From Acidobacteriota bacterium (GTDB lineage: Bacteria > Acidobacteriota > Terriglobia > Bryobacterales > Bryobacteraceae), in the NCBI GenBank assembly GCA_021787555.1, contig JAJYLS010000001.1, positions 27,967 to 91,966 of the forward strand: a stretch of DNA of 64,000 nt, in the 5' to 3' direction. Position numbers and translations under genes: made by a program. The notes beneath the pieces were generated by a model that searched no databases, was not told the DNA's origin, and saw only the letters and a program-made list of their open reading frames with translations. Shown here piece by piece: positions 27,948-35,849 of the stretch (position 1 is the stretch's first letter; every line of letters starts with the position of its first letter).

Positions 27948-28157
27948 ATGAAGACGATACGGCATTGCTGGCTGGGTACTCTTGGTGCGTTGGCGCTGCT
28001 TTCGTTCGCCACGGAGCATCCCGCCAAAGCTTATGCCGATCCCGGCACCGGTGCGATGCTGTGGCAGTTGCTCGCTGCCGCCGGGGTGGGCGCCATGTTC
28101 TACGCGCGCAAGGTAACCTCCTGGTTCCGCGCCAGAAAAAGGGATCCCGGCAGGTGA
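27948..28157 (+). CDS. Small (69 aa) signal-peptide + DPGTG-helix-basic-tail protein, copy 1
   Basis: MKTIRHCWLGTLGALALLSFATEHPAKA|YADPGTGAMLWQLLAAAGVGAMFYARKVTSWFRARKRDPGR. It is a paralogue of 28360..28566, with mostly synonymous differences in the conserved half. Confidence 0.65.
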   Translation: MKTIRHCWLGTLGALALLSFATEHPAKAYADPGTGAMLWQLLAAAGVGAMFYARKVTSWFRARKRDPGR

Positions 28158-28359
28158 GTCAGGGGGCCGTCGGGTTTCCTTGCGTAACATCCGGTCCGGC
28201 GCTTGTTTATGGTATGCCCGCACCGCGAGTGCGGATGGCGGTGAACCGGGCAAACCACGCCGTCTCCTCCAGTACTATCACCAAAGGTTATATCGTTCTA
28301 TTCGTACCGAACCTCTTTGACCGTGGTTTCGGTGTGCGCTAAAATTCCTGAGTACGTCG

Positions 28360-28566
28360 ATGAAGACGAAAGCTCGCACGCTCTGTTGGACGATTTCCGC
28401 GTTGTTCCTGTTGTCTTTCGCCACCGAGCGCCCGGCCGCGGCATATGCCGATCCCGGTACGGGCGCGATGCTGTGGCAGTTACTTGCTGCCGCCGCAGTT
28501 GGCGCTATGTTTTACCTTCGGAAGGTCACTGGTTGGTTCCGCAAGAAAAAGGATCCGGAGAAGTGA
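28360..28566 (+). CDS. Small (68 aa) signal-peptide + DPGTG-helix-basic-tail protein, copy 2
   Basis: MKTKARTLCWTISALFLLSFATERPAAA|YADPGTGAMLWQLLAAAAVGAMFYLRKVTGWFRKKKDPEK. The gene is hidden inside the spurious 5' extension of track ORF 28317..30068. Confidence 0.65.
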   Translation: MKTKARTLCWTISALFLLSFATERPAAAYADPGTGAMLWQLLAAAAVGAMFYLRKVTGWFRKKKDPEK

Positions 28567-28622
28567 TTTTGGGGGCCGCCGGCCTTCCATCCGATGGCAC
28601 AGCCGCGGCTGGCGCCGATCCG

Positions 28623-30068
28623 ATGGCTATATTCGCATCGTTTCGCGATCCCGCCGGCTGCGTCTTCACGCATGACGGGCGCCTTTACCGTATTGTGACA
28701 CCGGCCGGCATGGCCGACCTGAATTCGTTCCTGCAATCCGGCGCGGGCCGCAAGTGGATCGAATCGGGCCGCGTCGTCCGTACCGCCATGCTCGCCGAAG
28801 ATTCATCAGCCGGACTTCTCCGGGTTCCGGAAATCCGCCGGCTGTACGATGCCATCGGCGGCCAGGCGATCGTCGAGCACGAGCGCATCCCGTTCCCCAG
28901 TTTCCCTTATGAATGGGCGCCGGAGATGCTTCATGCCGCGGGCATGCTTACGCTGGATCTCGCGCGCGACCTGCTCCGCGACGATGTCGGCCTCAAGGAC
29001 GGGACGCCATACAACGTCTTGTTCCGGGGCACGGAGCCGGTGTTTATCGACTTGCTCTCCTTCGAGCGCCGCGACCCCGCCGATCCCACGTGGGTTCCTT
29101 ATGGCCAGTTCGTCCGCACGTTTCTGCTGCCTCTGCTGGCCAATCTCCGCTTCGGCCTTCCGCTCGACCAACTCCTGTTCACCCGCCGGGACGGCCTGGA
29201 GCCGGAAGAGGTCTATCGCTGGGCCAGCGCGCTCCAGCGCATCAGCCCGGGTTTCCTCTCGCTTGTCTCCTTGCCGACCTGGCTGGCCAGCCGCCATAGC
29301 CAGGATGACGCCAGCATTTACCGGAAGAAGCGCCTCGCCAATCCGGAGAAGGCGCGCTTCATTCTCGAGACCCTGATCAATAGCACCCGCCGCTCGCTCG
29401 ACCGGCTCCGTCCCAAGGCGGGCAAGACCTCCGTGTGGTCGGACTACATGGAGTCGAACAACAACTACACCTCCGCGCACTTCGCGGCCAAGAAGGGCTT
29501 TGTCGAAGAAGCGCTCGCCACGGCGCGCTGCCGGAATGTGCTCGACGTGGGCTGCAACACCGGTTTCTTCAGCTCACTGGCCGCGCGCGCGGGCGCCTCG
29601 GTGGTGGCCATCGATTACGATCCCGTCGTCGTCGGCGAAGTCTGGCGCCAGAGCCGTGCCGAAAAGCTGGATATCCTTCCGCTGGTCGTCAACCTGACCC
29701 GTCCCACACCCGGCACCGGATGGCTGAACCGCGAATGGTCCGGCTTTCTGGACCGCGCTCGCGGCCGGTTCGACATGGTGTTCATGCTGGCGGTCATCCA
29801 CCATATGCTCGTGACCGAGCGCGTCCCGCTCCGCGACATTATCCAGCTCGCTTCGGAATTGACCACCGATGCGCTGGTCGTGGAGTTCATCGCGCCGGAC
29901 GATTCCATGTTTCGCCGCCTCACCCGCGGCCGCGACGAACTGCACAAGGACCTCACCCCCGCGCTGTTCGAGGAGACCTGCCGCCCGTATTTCGAGATCG
30001 CCCGCACCCAGCACCTGGAAAATACCAGCCGCTGGCTGTACCTGTTGCGCCGCAAACCCGCAAAGTGA
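28623..30068 (+). CDS. Class I SAM-dependent methyltransferase with a large N-terminal domain
   Basis: The start is at MAIFASFRDPAGCVFTHDGRLYRIV, an N-terminal pattern I recall from this methyltransferase type. SAM motif I is VLDVGCNTGFFSSLAA, followed by VVAIDYD. Confidence 0.8.
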   Translation: MAIFASFRDPAGCVFTHDGRLYRIVTPAGMADLNSFLQSGAGRKWIESGRVVRTAMLAEDSSAGLLRVPEIRRLYDAIGGQAIVEHERIPFPSFPYEWAPEMLHAAGMLTLDLARDLLRDDVGLKDGTPYNVLFRGTEPVFIDLLSFERRDPADPTWVPYGQFVRTFLLPLLANLRFGLPLDQLLFTRRDGLEPEEVYRWASALQRISPGFLSLVSLPTWLASRHSQDDASIYRKKRLANPEKARFILETLINSTRRSLDRLRPKAGKTSVWSDYMESNNNYTSAHFAAKKGFVEEALATARCRNVLDVGCNTGFFSSLAARAGASVVAIDYDPVVVGEVWRQSRAEKLDILPLVVNLTRPTPGTGWLNREWSGFLDRARGRFDMVFMLAVIHHMLVTERVPLRDIIQLASELTTDALVVEFIAPDDSMFRRLTRGRDELHKDLTPALFEETCRPYFEIARTQHLENTSRWLYLLRRKPAK

Positions 30069-30075
30069 GCGGGTT

Positions 30076-30639
30076 CTAGGCCGTCTTCTCCGTATCCATA
30101 AAGTAGTAACAGATCATGTGCGCCACGATCATGTGGACGTCTTCAATGCGGCCCATGTGCGGGTTGGATGCCTGAATATTCACTTCCGCCAGCGGTCCCA
30201 GCTTCCCCCCGTTCCTCCCCGAGAGCGCAATCGTGCGGCAGCCGATCGAACTGGCGTATTCCACCGCCCGCAGAACGTTCGGCGAATTCCCCGACCCGCT
30301 GATAGCCATCACCACGTCGCCGGGCTTCGCGAAATTCTTCAACTGCTCCACAAATATGCATTCATAGCTCACGTCGTTCGAATACGCCGTAATGGTGGGC
30401 AGCGAATCCGTCAGCGCCATAATGCGGAACCGCTTTTCGCGGCCGAAGCTCGCGCCTTTTACCATATCGCAGGCGAAATGCGACGCGGTCGACGCGCTCC
30501 CCCCGTTCCCGCACACAAAAATATGCCGGCCCTCCTCCCGCGCCTGCTTCAGCATCGCTATGGCGTGGTTTACTTTCTCCAAATCCACGGTCTCGATGGC
30601 CTTGAGCAGATCTGTCTTGTATGCTTCGGGAAACGTCAT
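30076..30639 (-). CDS. SIS-domain sugar-phosphate isomerase (GmhA/phosphoheptose-isomerase-like)
   Basis: RHIFVCGNGGSASTASHFACDM...SNDVSYE...DVVMAISGSGNSPNV. 187 aa. Confidence 0.85.
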   Translation of the reverse strand: MTFPEAYKTDLLKAIETVDLEKVNHAIAMLKQAREEGRHIFVCGNGGSASTASHFACDMVKGASFGREKRFRIMALTDSLPTITAYSNDVSYECIFVEQLKNFAKPGDVVMAISGSGNSPNVLRAVEYASSIGCRTIALSGRNGGKLGPLAEVNIQASNPHMGRIEDVHMIVAHMICYYFMDTEKTA

Positions 30640-30813
30640 AGCTACTATTAACCTTCGTGTAGCGTCCTCCTGTCAACCGCACAGGCCGCGATCGTGGAAG
30701 CGCTGTGGTACACTTGCCTGTTCAGTGCCGGATAGTATGCAGCCGGTTGCACTTATGCTTTCCCCCGACCTGCTCTTACAAACCAACGAAATCCGGACTG
30801 GGGGCCGCCCTCA

Positions 30814-31744
30814 ATGATCCGTGTGGGTGTTATCGGGTATGGCTACTGGGGGCCGAACCTGGTGCGCAACTTCGCCGAAGCTCCCTGTACCGAAGTCATC
30901 GGCGTGAGCGATATGCGCCCTGACCGGCTCGCGCTGGCGCAGAAACGCCACCCCGCAATCAAAACGGCAGCCGACTACCGCGAGCTTCTGGCCGACCCCT
31001 CTATTGACGCGATCGCCATCTCCACTCCCGTCTCCACGCACTTTCCCCTGGCCAAAGCCGCCTTGCGGGCCGGCAAGCACGTCCTCATCGAAAAGCCGCT
31101 CACGACCAACGCGGAAGACGCCTTCTGGCTCATTGGCGAGGCCCGGCGCCGCAGCCTCACCCTCATGGTGGACCACACTTTCGTCTACACCAACCGCCGT
31201 CCGCAAAATCCACCAACTGGTGATGGACGGCCGCTTGGGAGATTCTGTGCTGCCCGTGAAGCCGTGCGCCATCGCCGCGACCGGCATCAGCCATGTCGAC
31301 GGCGGCCCGGAGAACCTGGCTTACATCACCGCGTTTTTCGCGGGACACGTGATCGGGTATGTCAATTTGAACTGGCTTTCGCCCGTAAAGGTGCGCCGCA
31401 CCATGATCGCCGGCAGCAAGCAGATGATCGTCTACGACGATATGGAAGCCACCGAGAAGGTAAAGGTCTACGACAAGGGCATTGCCGTTACCAACACTCC
31501 GGAAGCCTTATACAAAATTCTCTTCGGTTACCGCATCGGCGATATGTACGCGCCGCACCTCGATACCACCGAAGCTCTGCGCACCGAAGCCATCCATTTC
31601 GCCGAGTGCATCGAGAAAGCCACAACGCCCATCACCGACGGCTACGCCGGCCCGCGAGTAGTCCGCATTCTCGAAGCCGCCACGCAGTCCATGAAGGAGC
31701 GCGGGCGCCTGGTCGACCTCGGCGCCGAGGCGGTACACGCATGA
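30814..31744 (+). pseudogene. Gfo/Idh/MocA-family sugar oxidoreductase (WbpB-like), frameshifted
   Basis: Frame 1 reads MIRVGVIGYGYWGPNLVRNF...GKHVLIEKPL...LMVDHTFVYT and then becomes nonsense. The family sequence resumes in frame 2 as TAVRKIHQLVMDGRLGD...NLNWLSPVKVRRTMIAGSKQMIVYDD...ITDGYAGPRVVRILEAA, ending at 31744. One extra base lies near 31189-31195 (tacaccAAccgcc). A stretch expected after LGD, including a D...H motif, also seems missing; that last point is from memory. Confidence 0.7.
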
Positions 31745-32850
31745 TTCCATATCTGGATTTGCCGGCGCAGTATCGCGGGATCAAGGACGAAATCCGAGCC
31801 GCCATCGACGAAGTTCTGGAAAGCTGCCAATTCGTCCTGGGCCGCGCCGTGGCCGCCTTCGAGCAGGATTTCGCCGCTTACTGCCAGGCCCGCTACGCCA
31901 TCGGCGTGAACTCCGGGACCAGCGCCCTGCACCTCGCGCTGCTCGCCGCCGGTATCGGCCCCGGCGACCAAGTGATCACCACGCCCTTCACCTTCGTCGC
32001 CACCGTGGCCGCCATTCAATACACCGGCGCCCGCCCCGTGCTGGTGGATATCGACCCGCGCAGTTACACCATCGATCCGGCGCAAATCGAGCGCGCCATC
32101 ACCCCCAAAACGCGCGCCCTCCTCCCCGTTCACCTCTACGGCCAGCCGGCCGACATGGGCCCCATCCTCGAAATCGCTGCCCGCCGCGGCCTGATCGTCA
32201 TCGAGGATGCCGCCCAGGCGCACGGCGCCGAATACAAAGGCCGCCGCGCCGGCAGCCTGGGCGCCATGGCCTGTTTCAGTTTTTATCCCGTCAAGAACCT
32301 CGGCGCTTACGGCGAAGGCGGCGCCATCGTCACCAGCGACCCCGAATACAACCGCACCCTCCGCATGCTCCGCGACTGGGGCATGGAAAAGAAATACGAG
32401 CACCTGCTCAAAGGATTCAATTACCGGATGGAAGGCATTCAGGGCGCCGTGCTCGGCGTCAAGCTTCGCCACCTCGAAGCCTGGACCGAAGCGCGCCGCG
32501 CCCACGCCGCGCGCTACCGCGAACTACTGGCGCCGGCGGGCATCGGCATCCCCCAGGAGATGACTTACGCCCGCCACGTTTACCACGTTTACACCATCCG
32601 CACCGCCGGGCGCGCCCAACTCCAGGAGCGCTTGACTGAAGCCGGCGTGCAGACGGCCATCCACTACCCCGTTCCGGTCCATCTCCAGCCGGCCTATGCC
32701 GACCTCGGCTACCACCGCGGCGACTTCCCGCATGCCGAAAAAGCAGCCGGCGAGGTGCTCTCGCTCCCCATCTTCCCCGAAATGACCGAAGAGCAGATTG
32801 CCGCCGTGGCGGAGTGCTTTCAAACGGCCGGCGCCGCCGCACAAAGCTGA
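31741..32850 (+). CDS. DegT/DnrJ/EryC1/StrS-family PLP-dependent sugar aminotransferase (WbpE-like)
   Basis: MIPYLDLPAQYRGIKDEI...GVNSGTSALHLAL...EDAAQAHGA...FSFYPVKNLGAYGEGGA (Schiff-base Lys in PVKNL)...NYRMEGIQGAVL. ATGA overlap with the upstream pseudogene. It appears intact. Confidence 0.9.
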   Translation: MIPYLDLPAQYRGIKDEIRAAIDEVLESCQFVLGRAVAAFEQDFAAYCQARYAIGVNSGTSALHLALLAAGIGPGDQVITTPFTFVATVAAIQYTGARPVLVDIDPRSYTIDPAQIERAITPKTRALLPVHLYGQPADMGPILEIAARRGLIVIEDAAQAHGAEYKGRRAGSLGAMACFSFYPVKNLGAYGEGGAIVTSDPEYNRTLRMLRDWGMEKKYEHLLKGFNYRMEGIQGAVLGVKLRHLEAWTEARRAHAARYRELLAPAGIGIPQEMTYARHVYHVYTIRTAGRAQLQERLTEAGVQTAIHYPVPVHLQPAYADLGYHRGDFPHAEKAAGEVLSLPIFPEMTEEQIAAVAECFQTAGAAAQS

Positions 32851-33484
32851 TGGACTGCCGTCCGGGGCTCAATCCGCGGCGCCTGGTCGCGCTGATGGAG
32901 CGCGCCATCGAGCGCTGTGCCTTAAATCTGGCGAGCGCCGTGGTATCCCCGTCGCGGGAACCAACGAGCGCCACCCCGCCATCGGCGTCTTTCCGTTTCT
33001 GGGCATCATGGCGGTGAAACTGCTCCTCAATGCCGGCATCGAAGTGCATTCGAGCCGCGTGCTGCTGCTCTGCGATAACGATTTTTCGCCTTACATCGAG
33101 TCGGGCCTGCGCGGCGCCGGCGCGAATGTGCAGGTTTCGGCCGAACTGCCTCGCAGCGCGCCCGCGCCGGGCTGCGACGCCGTGGTGGTGGCCCTCCATC
33201 CGCGGCCTGAACCGGTCCTGGGAGTAGGTGACGCGGCGCGTTTGGCTGCCTGGAATCCGCCGCCCGTTGTGCTTCAATATTGGGGGGGCGGCCTTCGCAG
33301 CCGCACCCATTGCTCTTTGGCCGCGCGACGCTCCGGCGCGGGAACACATGGGAATTCTTCCTTCGGCTGTCGGCCCGGCGGGCTGAAAGTCGGGGAAATT
33401 TTGTGGCGTGCCCGCGCCACGGGCAAATCGTGTGAGGAAAGCTTGCGGGTGCTGGCCGCCTCGTGGTACGGGGCGGCGCTGTGA
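32850..33484 (+). pseudogene. Disrupted gene of unknown function (Rossmann-like), with one to three reading-frame changes
   Basis: The ATG at 32850 overlaps the aminotransferase stop (TGATG). MDCRPGLNPRRLVALMERAIERCALNL reads in one frame. Protein-like sequence then continues in another frame: IPVAGTNERHPAIGVFPFLGIMAVKLLLNAGIEVHSSRVLLLCDND...VVLQYWGG. After a G7 run (33282-33288) the most protein-like reading (AAFAAAPIALWPRDAPAREHMGILPSAVGPAG) is in a third frame, before returning to ...KVGEILWRARATGKSCEESLRVLAASWYGAAL. Confidence 0.45.
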
Positions 33485-33498
33485 AGGAGACCCCGGAA

Positions 33499-34098
33499 AT
33501 GAAAAGACAAACCGGCGCGGTCGGCGGCGAGCGGTGCATTATCCGCTCGGGAACCGTGATCTATGAAGACGCCGTGCTCGGCAATGACATCCAAACCGCG
33601 CATAACGTGGTCATCCGCGAAGGCGTCCGCATCGGCGACGGCTGTGCCTTCGGCAGCGGCTGCGATCTCCAGATGGGCGCGCGCCTCGGCCGCAATGTCC
33701 GGCTCCAGATCCGCGTCGTGATTTCCGAAAATGCCGAGCTCGGCAACGACATCTTCATCGCTCCCGGGGTCGTCTTCACCGGCGGCCGCTTCATGACCGG
33801 CGCCCTCGAAGCCGCCGGCCGCATGTCGTACGAAGAGGCTGCCGCCCTCGAGCGCGGCAATTGGGACAAACCGTCGGTCGTCGTGGCGGATGACGTGCGC
33901 ATCGGCGCCAATTCCGTCATCCTTGCCGGTGTGCGGCTCGGGAAGGGCTGCGTCGTGGGGGCGGGTTCCGTCGTCTGGAAAGACGTTCCCGCGGGCCTGG
34001 CCCGCGGCCGCCCGGTCTATTTCATCGAAGACTCGTCCGAACCGGCGGCCGCCGAAACGGCCGCCCTACGCCAGGTCCACAACGATCGCAACTCATGA
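33499..34098 (+). CDS. Left-handed beta-helix (hexapeptide-repeat) sugar N/O-acetyltransferase (WbpD-like)
   Basis: Hexapeptide repeats IRSGTVIYEDAVLGNDIQTAHNVVIREGVRIGDGCAFGSGCDL...VRIGANSVILAGVRLGKGCVVGAGSVV. The ATG at 33499 lies 8 nt after GAAGGAGA. Confidence 0.85.
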   Translation: MKRQTGAVGGERCIIRSGTVIYEDAVLGNDIQTAHNVVIREGVRIGDGCAFGSGCDLQMGARLGRNVRLQIRVVISENAELGNDIFIAPGVVFTGGRFMTGALEAAGRMSYEEAAALERGNWDKPSVVVADDVRIGANSVILAGVRLGKGCVVGAGSVVWKDVPAGLARGRPVYFIEDSSEPAAAETAALRQVHNDRNS

Positions 34099-35078
34099 AA
34101 GGCGCCATTTCCAAAGTCTCCCCTTTCCTGAAGGGCCTCCTCGGCGTCGGCATCCTCGCCTGGATGATCTCGAGTGGAAAGATCGATCTCCACCAACTGG
34201 GCCGCTCCCTGGCCCACTGGGCGCTGATGCTCGCCATTCTCGCCCTCGCCTACGCTCAGATACTCATTACCGCGTGGCGCTGGCGTTTGCTCCTGCGCGC
34301 CCAGGAGATTCCGCTCTCCTTCAACCGGGCCTGGGGCTTGACCATGATCGGCGCCCTCTTCAATGTCGCCATTCCCGGCGCGGTCAGCGGCGATCTGATC
34401 AAGGGCTACTACATCACTCGAGCCATGCAGGGTCGCAAAACCCACGCCGCCACTTCCATCCTTATGGACCGCGTCACCGGCCTCATCGGCCTCCTCTTCC
34501 TCGGCGCCGCGGGGGTCGCCTCCAATCTTTCCGAAGCCCTCCGCACCCCCGCCGCGCGCAGCCTCGGCGCCGCCACGTTCGCCGCTTTTTTCGGTGGAAT
34601 CGGCGGTCTCTACGCCGCTCTTTACGCCGGGGACCGCCTCTCGCGCTGGAGCGGCCTTCCCGGCATCGTCCGCACCGTCTTCTCCGCTCTCCACGAGTAC
34701 CGCCGGCAATCCTCGGCCGTTCCCGTGGCCCTGGCGCTCAGCATTGTCAACCAGGCAATCACCTGCTCCTGCTTTTATCTCGCGCTACGCTCCGCCGGAG
34801 TCGCCGGCCTGCCCTCCGGGCAGTTCTTCCTCATCGCCCCCCTAGGCTTCGTGGCCATCTCCCTGCCTATTGCTCCCGCCGGCGTCGGCGTCGGGCAGGC
34901 GGCCTTCTACGCCCTGTTCCAGGTCATCGCTCCAGGTTACGCCGCCGCCGGAACCGCGGCCTTCACCGCTTTTCAGGCCGTCTTCATCCTGGTCTGCCTC
35001 ACCGGGCTGTTCTGGTACATTCCTTACAAGCACGTGGAGATCCCCGCCGTGGCCGAAGGCAAATCGGGAGCTATGTGA
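34095..35078 (+). CDS. Flippase-like / lysylphosphatidylglycerol-synthase TM-region (UPF0104) family membrane protein
   Basis: ATGA overlap with the upstream gene. About 8 TM segments. RWRLLLRAQEIPLSFNRAWGLTMIGALFNVAIPGAVSGDLIKGYY is the characteristic region of this family. Confidence 0.75.
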   Translation: MKGAISKVSPFLKGLLGVGILAWMISSGKIDLHQLGRSLAHWALMLAILALAYAQILITAWRWRLLLRAQEIPLSFNRAWGLTMIGALFNVAIPGAVSGDLIKGYYITRAMQGRKTHAATSILMDRVTGLIGLLFLGAAGVASNLSEALRTPAARSLGAATFAAFFGGIGGLYAALYAGDRLSRWSGLPGIVRTVFSALHEYRRQSSAVPVALALSIVNQAITCSCFYLALRSAGVAGLPSGQFFLIAPLGFVAISLPIAPAGVGVGQAAFYALFQVIAPGYAAAGTAAFTAFQAVFILVCLTGLFWYIPYKHVEIPAVAEGKSGAM

Positions 35079-35083
35079 ACCAC

Positions 35084-35441
35084 ATGCACGACATGCAAAA
35101 TCAACGGATTCTGATCACCGGCGGCGCCGGTCTCATCGGCTCCCATATCGCCGATCAAGCCTTGCAGGGCGGCGCAGCCGAAATCGTCGTCCTCGATAAT
35201 TTCGTTCGCGGCCGTCGCGAGACTCGCCTCCGCCCTCGCTACCGGGCGCGTCACCATCGTCGAAGGCGATATTCGGGACCGCGACCTCCTCCGCCGCGTC
35301 ATGCCCGGCATCGACATCCTCTTCCATCAGGCCGCCATCCGCATCACCCAGTGCGCCGAAGAGCCCCGCCTCGCCCTCGAAGTTCTGGTGGACGGCACCT
35401 TCAACGTCCTCGAGGCCGCTGTCGAGGCCACTGGCCCATAG
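35084..35441 (+). pseudogene. NAD-dependent sugar epimerase/dehydratase (SDR) remnant: frameshifted and 3'-truncated
   Basis: MHDMQNQRILITGGAGLIGSHIADQAL...VVLDNFVRGRRE is followed by a frame change near 35218. The sequence continues as LASALATGRVTIVEGDIRDRDLLRRVMPGIDILFHQAAIRITQCAEEPRLALEVLVDGTFNVLEAAVEATGP and stops at 35441. Only about 115 N-terminal residues are present, and the catalytic YxxxK half is absent. Confidence 0.7.
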
Positions 35442-35579
35442 GGCGAATTGCAGCCGCTGCGCGGCCCTGTCAAAGGCGGTATTGACGTGGGTAGTTCCCG
35501 GGGCTGTTCACGCTCGCGGGCGCTTGTTAGTCCCGAGCAGTACGACCACGGGATGCGGCCGCCCACAAGCCGTTGCATA

Positions 35580-35825
35580 ATGAATGAGATGCTGAATGAG
35601 CGCCTCGTCGACACGGTGAGCCGTACTTTGGGAGTTGAAAAAAGACGCGTCATTGCGGAGATGAGCAGTGAGAACACTGCCGCTTGGGATTCTGTCGCGC
35701 ACTTGAATCTGATCCTCGAAATCGAGGAGATCTTCGACGTGCATTTCTCGAGCGAAGAAATCCCTACGCTGACCTCGGTGGGCCGTCTCCAGGAGGCGCT
35801 GGCCGCTCGGACGGCGGGGGCATAG
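35580..35825 (+). CDS. Acyl carrier protein-like (phosphopantetheine-binding)
   Basis: MNEMLNERLVDTVSRTLGVEKRRVIAEMSSENTAAWDSVAHLNLILEIEEIFDVHFSSEEIPTLTSVGRL. The WDS(V/L)AHLNL motif supplies the Ser attachment site, as in EPS/LPS-locus carrier proteins. Confidence 0.7.
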   Translation: MNEMLNERLVDTVSRTLGVEKRRVIAEMSSENTAAWDSVAHLNLILEIEEIFDVHFSSEEIPTLTSVGRLQEALAARTAGA

Positions 35826-35849
35826 GCCCTCTGTGGCGGCCCTCCTTGC

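Noticed and set aside
28317-28622. N-terminal extension of the methyltransferase ORF
   Set aside because: It overlaps the conserved small ORF 28360-28566 in another frame and reads as low-quality sequence. The family-typical N-terminus MAIFASFRDPAG starts at 28623.
30814-32850. Single 678-aa ORF suggesting an oxidoreductase-aminotransferase fusion
   Set aside because: Residues ~127-309 of this frame are Arg/His/Pro-rich nonsense. The real oxidoreductase C-terminus is in the neighbouring frame (31004-31744). The aminotransferase has its own ATG at 31741, overlapping that frame's stop.
33890-35485. 531-aa ORF overlapping the acetyltransferase 3' end and the whole flippase-like gene
   Set aside because: It is out of frame relative to two good genes and extremely Arg/Pro-rich. 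Only its segment from 35084 (MHDMQNQRILITGGAGLIGSH) is real, and that segment belongs to the SDR remnant.
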